From the NCBI RefSeq assembly GCF_018350175.1, contig NC_058368.1:189164001-189228000 (forward strand): a DNA stretch of 64,000 nt, in the 5' to 3' direction. Positions 59,866 to 64,000 of the stretch are shown piece by piece; position 1 is the stretch's first letter; every line of letters starts with the position of its first letter. The notes under the pieces are model-generated. The model saw only the letters and a program-made list of their open reading frames with translations. It was not told the DNA's origin and ran no database searches. This DNA comes from Felis catus. Taxonomy: Eukaryota. A program made the position numbers and the translations under genes.

Positions 59866-61330
59866 AGTTACTTTTCAAATTTTAGGTCCCAGATGTCCAG
59901 TTATGGTGGAGCCCTCCCTACCTTTAAGCTCACTGTGAGCTCCCCAGATTCTGCAAGAAAGGCCAGGGTAGAGAAAATATCCAGCGAAAAACACAACTAA
60001 CCTGTGCCTGGTTCTGGAAGGTTCTTCACACACATTATCTTGTGCAAGCCACAGATCATTCTTAAGAAGCTGGTATCATCTGATCTACTTTATATATGAA
60101 GACTCGGAAGCTCAGAAACTGGATAAATTCCTCAAAGAGAGAAGTTTGCTATTGAAACTTGACTTTATGGGGCCACAAAATGCCCTGGGCACTTGGAGGA
60201 TGAGTAGTAAAAGTAGGGTGAAGAGGCCAAGCTTTGTCTACTTTGAATGCTTACCCTCAATGCCACTGCTTCTTTGTCCTGTTCCTAACACTCTACAGAA
60301 ACCAGTGCTATGGATGGGTACGGAGCCAACCCTCCCTCCATAAATGTCAGCACCTGCCTGGGGCTCCTAACATTGGCCTTTATCTTCCCCACAGGGCTGA
60401 CTTTTTTACGAGTTGAAGTCTGAGAAACAAGTCAGTTTCCCACTTCTCTAAAATCTTAAAATAGGAAACATCAGCCATAAGCTATGAGAGCAAGCCAGCC
60501 AAGGTGTATGTTTGCTGGAAATAAAACTGGTAGGTCCTTCAGGGCAAGGGGGGATGGACTCAGGGGCATTTCTTCACCATCTGTTTCAGCCTCCAATGTG
60601 TCTTGATAGATGGTTTTTGCTTATTACTCATTACTCACCTCATCTTTCTCCCTGAGCTCCGTTCCTTGAAATATGGTTCTCTCATTTGAATAGCAATGAC
60701 TAAGTGCATTGGAACTTACTTAAATACATTCTAAAAACATTAAATTGAGAACACACAATCCAGCAATGTACCAATTGCCAAACTCTAGTAAAAGTTGAAG
60801 TGATTAAAACAATTTAATGCATGAAACACGCGTTCAGGAAGGCAAAGAGAAAGAGTAAGTTTTTCCAGTGCAACGTCAGCCCGGTGATATTTCGGAAGAA
60901 GTGGGTGGAGGCCATTGCCAAGAGAAAGTGAAATAATTGATGAAGACCCAAAGGAAAATGCCCTTGATCTCGAAGTTATTACTTCATTTCATGAAATACC
61001 TTAAAAGTCAATGACAGACTATAAAGTCAGAAAGTCAATAGTTTCCCCCCCCCCTTGGATACAATTCCAATATGTGCATATAAACATGTCAGGCAGTCCT
61101 CTAGAAAAGAAAAAAAACTATAGCTTGGGGTCTGGGTCATGTTTTCAAATAGCCTTATTATTCCTGTTATGAAGTGGACACTCAGGTATTTGGCTCGGGA
61201 CTTTTATCCACACCCAAGTGATTGGGTGATTTATAACTTGCTATCCACATTCTCATAGCTGTTTGGTCAATTTAAAGGCCTAAAACTGGGCTTGATGTTT
61301 ACTCTATCAGGAAAAGAAACATGTGCACGT

Positions 61331-61339
61331 ACACACACA

Positions 61340-61388
<49 letters not shown>
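61331..61388. repeat. (CA)n microsatellite with one interruption
   Basis: Read directly. Confidence 0.97.
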
Positions 61389-61454
61389 CAAATTCGTATC
61401 ATAGATTAACCACTATCTCAAGTGCCTTTGCCCGGGAACCAGATTCTATTTATA

Positions 61455-61634
61455 TCTTCCTCCTTCCCCTTCTTTCCATCCTCCCTTCCTTTCTTTCTCC
61501 CTCCCTTCCTCCTTCCCTTTCTCCTTCCCTCTTTCTTCCTTTCTTCTTTGCTTTCATCCTTTTATTTTTCTTTTTTTTCCTTCTCTCCCTGCCCCCCGCC
61601 ATTCCCTTCTCTTTCTCCACCTCTCTCTTTTTTT
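61455..61634. repeat. Polypyrimidine (CT-rich) low-complexity tract
   Basis: About 180 bp almost entirely C/T on the + strand. Confidence 0.92.
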
Positions 61635-62029
61635 GATATCCATAATTGAGGAAAGAAATGATAGACTTCATCTTGCCTTATTCCAACTGATTTCATCCTC
61701 TTTTATTTTGGAAATAGTGCTTAACATCTTAAGAGAAAATGCTTCTTGTGTGTTGACTGATCCTGATACTTTCTGCTTCTTGTTAAGCTAGAACAAGCAA
61801 CCAGAGAGCATCAAGAAGTAGAAAAAAAATAAAATGGAAATCTTGGCATTTCTCCAAACAAAAAAAATCCATTTATTTGTTCATCAGTAAATAAATATTA
61901 CTAAGCTCCTCTAATAATAGTCCTGGTTACTCACACATGGGCTATGGCAATGGGCAAGAGAGGGATGATACCTGACTTCACTGAGCTTAGAGTCCCGTTG
62001 ATCAATATTTACCTTATGAAACAATGCTG

Positions 62030-62560
62030 TGGATATGGTCTGTTACCATCCCAGGCATTTGTTTCTCCATATATATACATATATACACATATATATATAT
62101 ATATATATATGTCACCGTGGGGCCCATGGGAATTAACATCATCTCTAGTTGAAGAGGTAAGCCTTGATTGGCCTAAATCAATTCACATAATCTCATCTAT
62201 TGTACATAAAGCTATTGTATCAGGAATGGGCACACAAACTGTTGTTCCAGTCAAACTGAGGACTCTCTTAATGATTAAAGAAAGAGAACTAACTCCCATC
62301 TCTCACTGTCCTCACTGCCCTCTACCCCACCCCTGTTGGACATGAATAAGGAAGCATCAGCTATTTTGTGGCCAATAAGTGGGCCAGACCTATGGGAGTA
62401 TGGAAAACAAATTGGAGAACAGAAGGAAATCCATTCTTTGGTAATATCAGTAAGCTAGATCAAACCCTACCTGAAACTTCTTGACTTTCAACTACACCCT
62501 TTATTTACCAGTTTTAGTTGGATTTTCTATTACTTAGATATGAAAGAATACTAATGTACA
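62030..62560 (+). mobile_element. MLT1K-like MaLR LTR with internal (TA)n at ~62069-62110
   Basis: 'ccttgattggcctaa...aggaatgggcac...ctagatcaaaccctacctgaa...ccagttttagttggattttctattactt...gaaagaatactaa'. Confidence 0.65.
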
Positions 62561-63590
62561 CAGCAATGTCTTATTTATTCAACAACTTCAAGAAATAAAT
62601 TTCTCACACAAATGTTTCACCTAACTGAATGAAGCTTGACACATTATATATCAAATCTATTTGACTTAAACTGTTTGGGATGGGATTTATTATAAATTAT
62701 GTTATACACTTCAGCACCTTAAGAATTATGCTGAATAGAGGATGTGCAAAGTGCTCTTATAATCCTAAATACCTCCTCCATCTTCTTGAAGAACTCCAAC
62801 ACTTCTCAAACTATTAACATGTGTTGGGTCATTGTCCACATGCCAAATTTATCTGAATATTGTCCTTTTTTAAAGGCTGCTTTTTGTAGTTTTACAGTTA
62901 TAATTCTAGCTTCCAGCTTCCTCTCTTTGTAAAGATTCCCATGCCAGCTTTTAATAACTCTTCCCTTCATGTAATTTTTTGCTTATAAATCTGTTGTAAG
63001 CCAGGAAACCAAATAGCCAAATCTGCTAGAATTGTGTCTCAAATAAGAGAGAAAGGACACTAATAAATGCCTTGGTGGGTTCAGAGAAGCAAGTCTCCTG
63101 TGAACCACAGGTTCTTAATCTTGTGGGAACTCTAGGGTTCCATATAAAAACCTCAGAAGGCCTGCAGAGGGGATAAGGAGTCAATATAGCTGTGGGGTCC
63201 TGGAACCCCCAAACCCTGTTTCGTCTCCACTCTTGTCTCCATTTTGTCCATTTTTCCCTATCATAAAACAGATAATTAGTGTTCTGGAAAATACTTTATG
63301 TGAAAACAAAGGATTCAATTCTTTAAGAACAAAAATGAAAACTGTTCTTCTTTGCCACTTTAAATAACGGGATACCATTTTACCAGTCTACTTGTTCTTC
63401 CCAGGTAAAATATTCTCCACTAGTGATAAACTCTTGGATGTGGAAAATTGTCTGTACAGTTCCAATGATCGCAAGAGATACAAGAATTGCAGTCAGTGCC
63501 TTATCGACTCCAATGGCTCCATTTAGTTTTACAAATGTTGTTTATTCAAATCCTACTTCAACAAACTTCATCTTTGCAAGGTCAATATTC

Positions 63591-63690
63591 TACCATGTTC
63601 CATTAAATCTAAGATGGCATCAATTTTAAGATACTCTATTATCATATGTAGCACTAAGAAAGAAAGAACTGCGATTAGACTGTAAACTAC
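63591..63690. mobile_element. Tc2/mariner-type (Kanga/MER104-like) terminal fragment
   Basis: 'taccatgttccattaaatctaagatggcatcaattttaagat...tatgtagcactaagaaagaaa' resembles the Kanga terminal inverted repeat region. Confidence 0.55.
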
Positions 63691-64000
63691 ATAGGCCTTT
63701 TATGCATCCCTTCACATGCAACAGCTCTGTGCAGTCTTTGGTCCACTTGTATCTTGCTTTATGCCCCAGAATTTCTCTGACACCACAGTATGGGATGCCT
63801 ACACTTTGTACTGGCATACCTGCAACAAAAGACTTGGACAAGTCATGCCCTATGGGGCCACTGCAACCAACTGCCCACAATATCCTCAGGCAGATGCTGC
63901 AGAGCCAAATTTTATAAGGCTCTCCACAAAAGGTCCAAGATGAATTGCTAGTTGCCTACAGTCATGGCCATTCAATAGTACTGACTTGCATTGACATCCC

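Noticed and set aside
3175..62560. Inferring a host gene strand from repeat orientation bias
   Set aside because: LTRs are mostly minus (6 of 8) while L1 fragments are mostly plus (5 of 7); the signals conflict and counts are small
63370..63530. Minus-strand frame with a hydrophobic stretch (GAIGVDKALTAILVSLAIIGTVQTIF)
   Set aside because: Bounded by stops, no start or clear splice sites, no recognisable homology
1..64000. All ORFs in the six-frame track (60-163 aa)
   Set aside because: None resembles a protein family I recognise; many use non-ATG starts or translate microsatellites (CVCV, THTH, ERER, SLSL), SINEs or L2/MIR remnants. Number and length are what non-coding DNA produces.

Overview
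Mammalian nuclear DNA, almost certainly from a cat-family (felid) genome: two near-consensus felid CAN-SINEs (SINEC_Fc type) plus ten older CAN-SINEs are present. The window is non-coding (intergenic or deep intronic). I see no protein-coding exon, functional RNA gene, CpG-island promoter or intact transposon; the supplied ORFs are short and mostly translate microsatellites, SINEs or ancient repeats. Much of the sequence is decayed repeats recognised by eye from remembered consensus sequences (MIR, L2, L1M 3' ends, MLT1 solo LTRs, MER20/33/58/5/63/91/94/113, Arthur1), so subfamily names and many boundaries are approximate. The most interesting signals are repeat-free islands with dense developmental transcription-factor motifs, especially TALE/HOX-type clusters at about 44.5-44.85 kb and 15.85-16.33 kb, which look like distal enhancers in a gene desert or long intron. 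Other signals are two very young SINE insertions, small palindromic or tandem rearrangements and non-B-DNA tracts. I did not find evidence for a new biological system, and I cannot name the locus from sequence alone.
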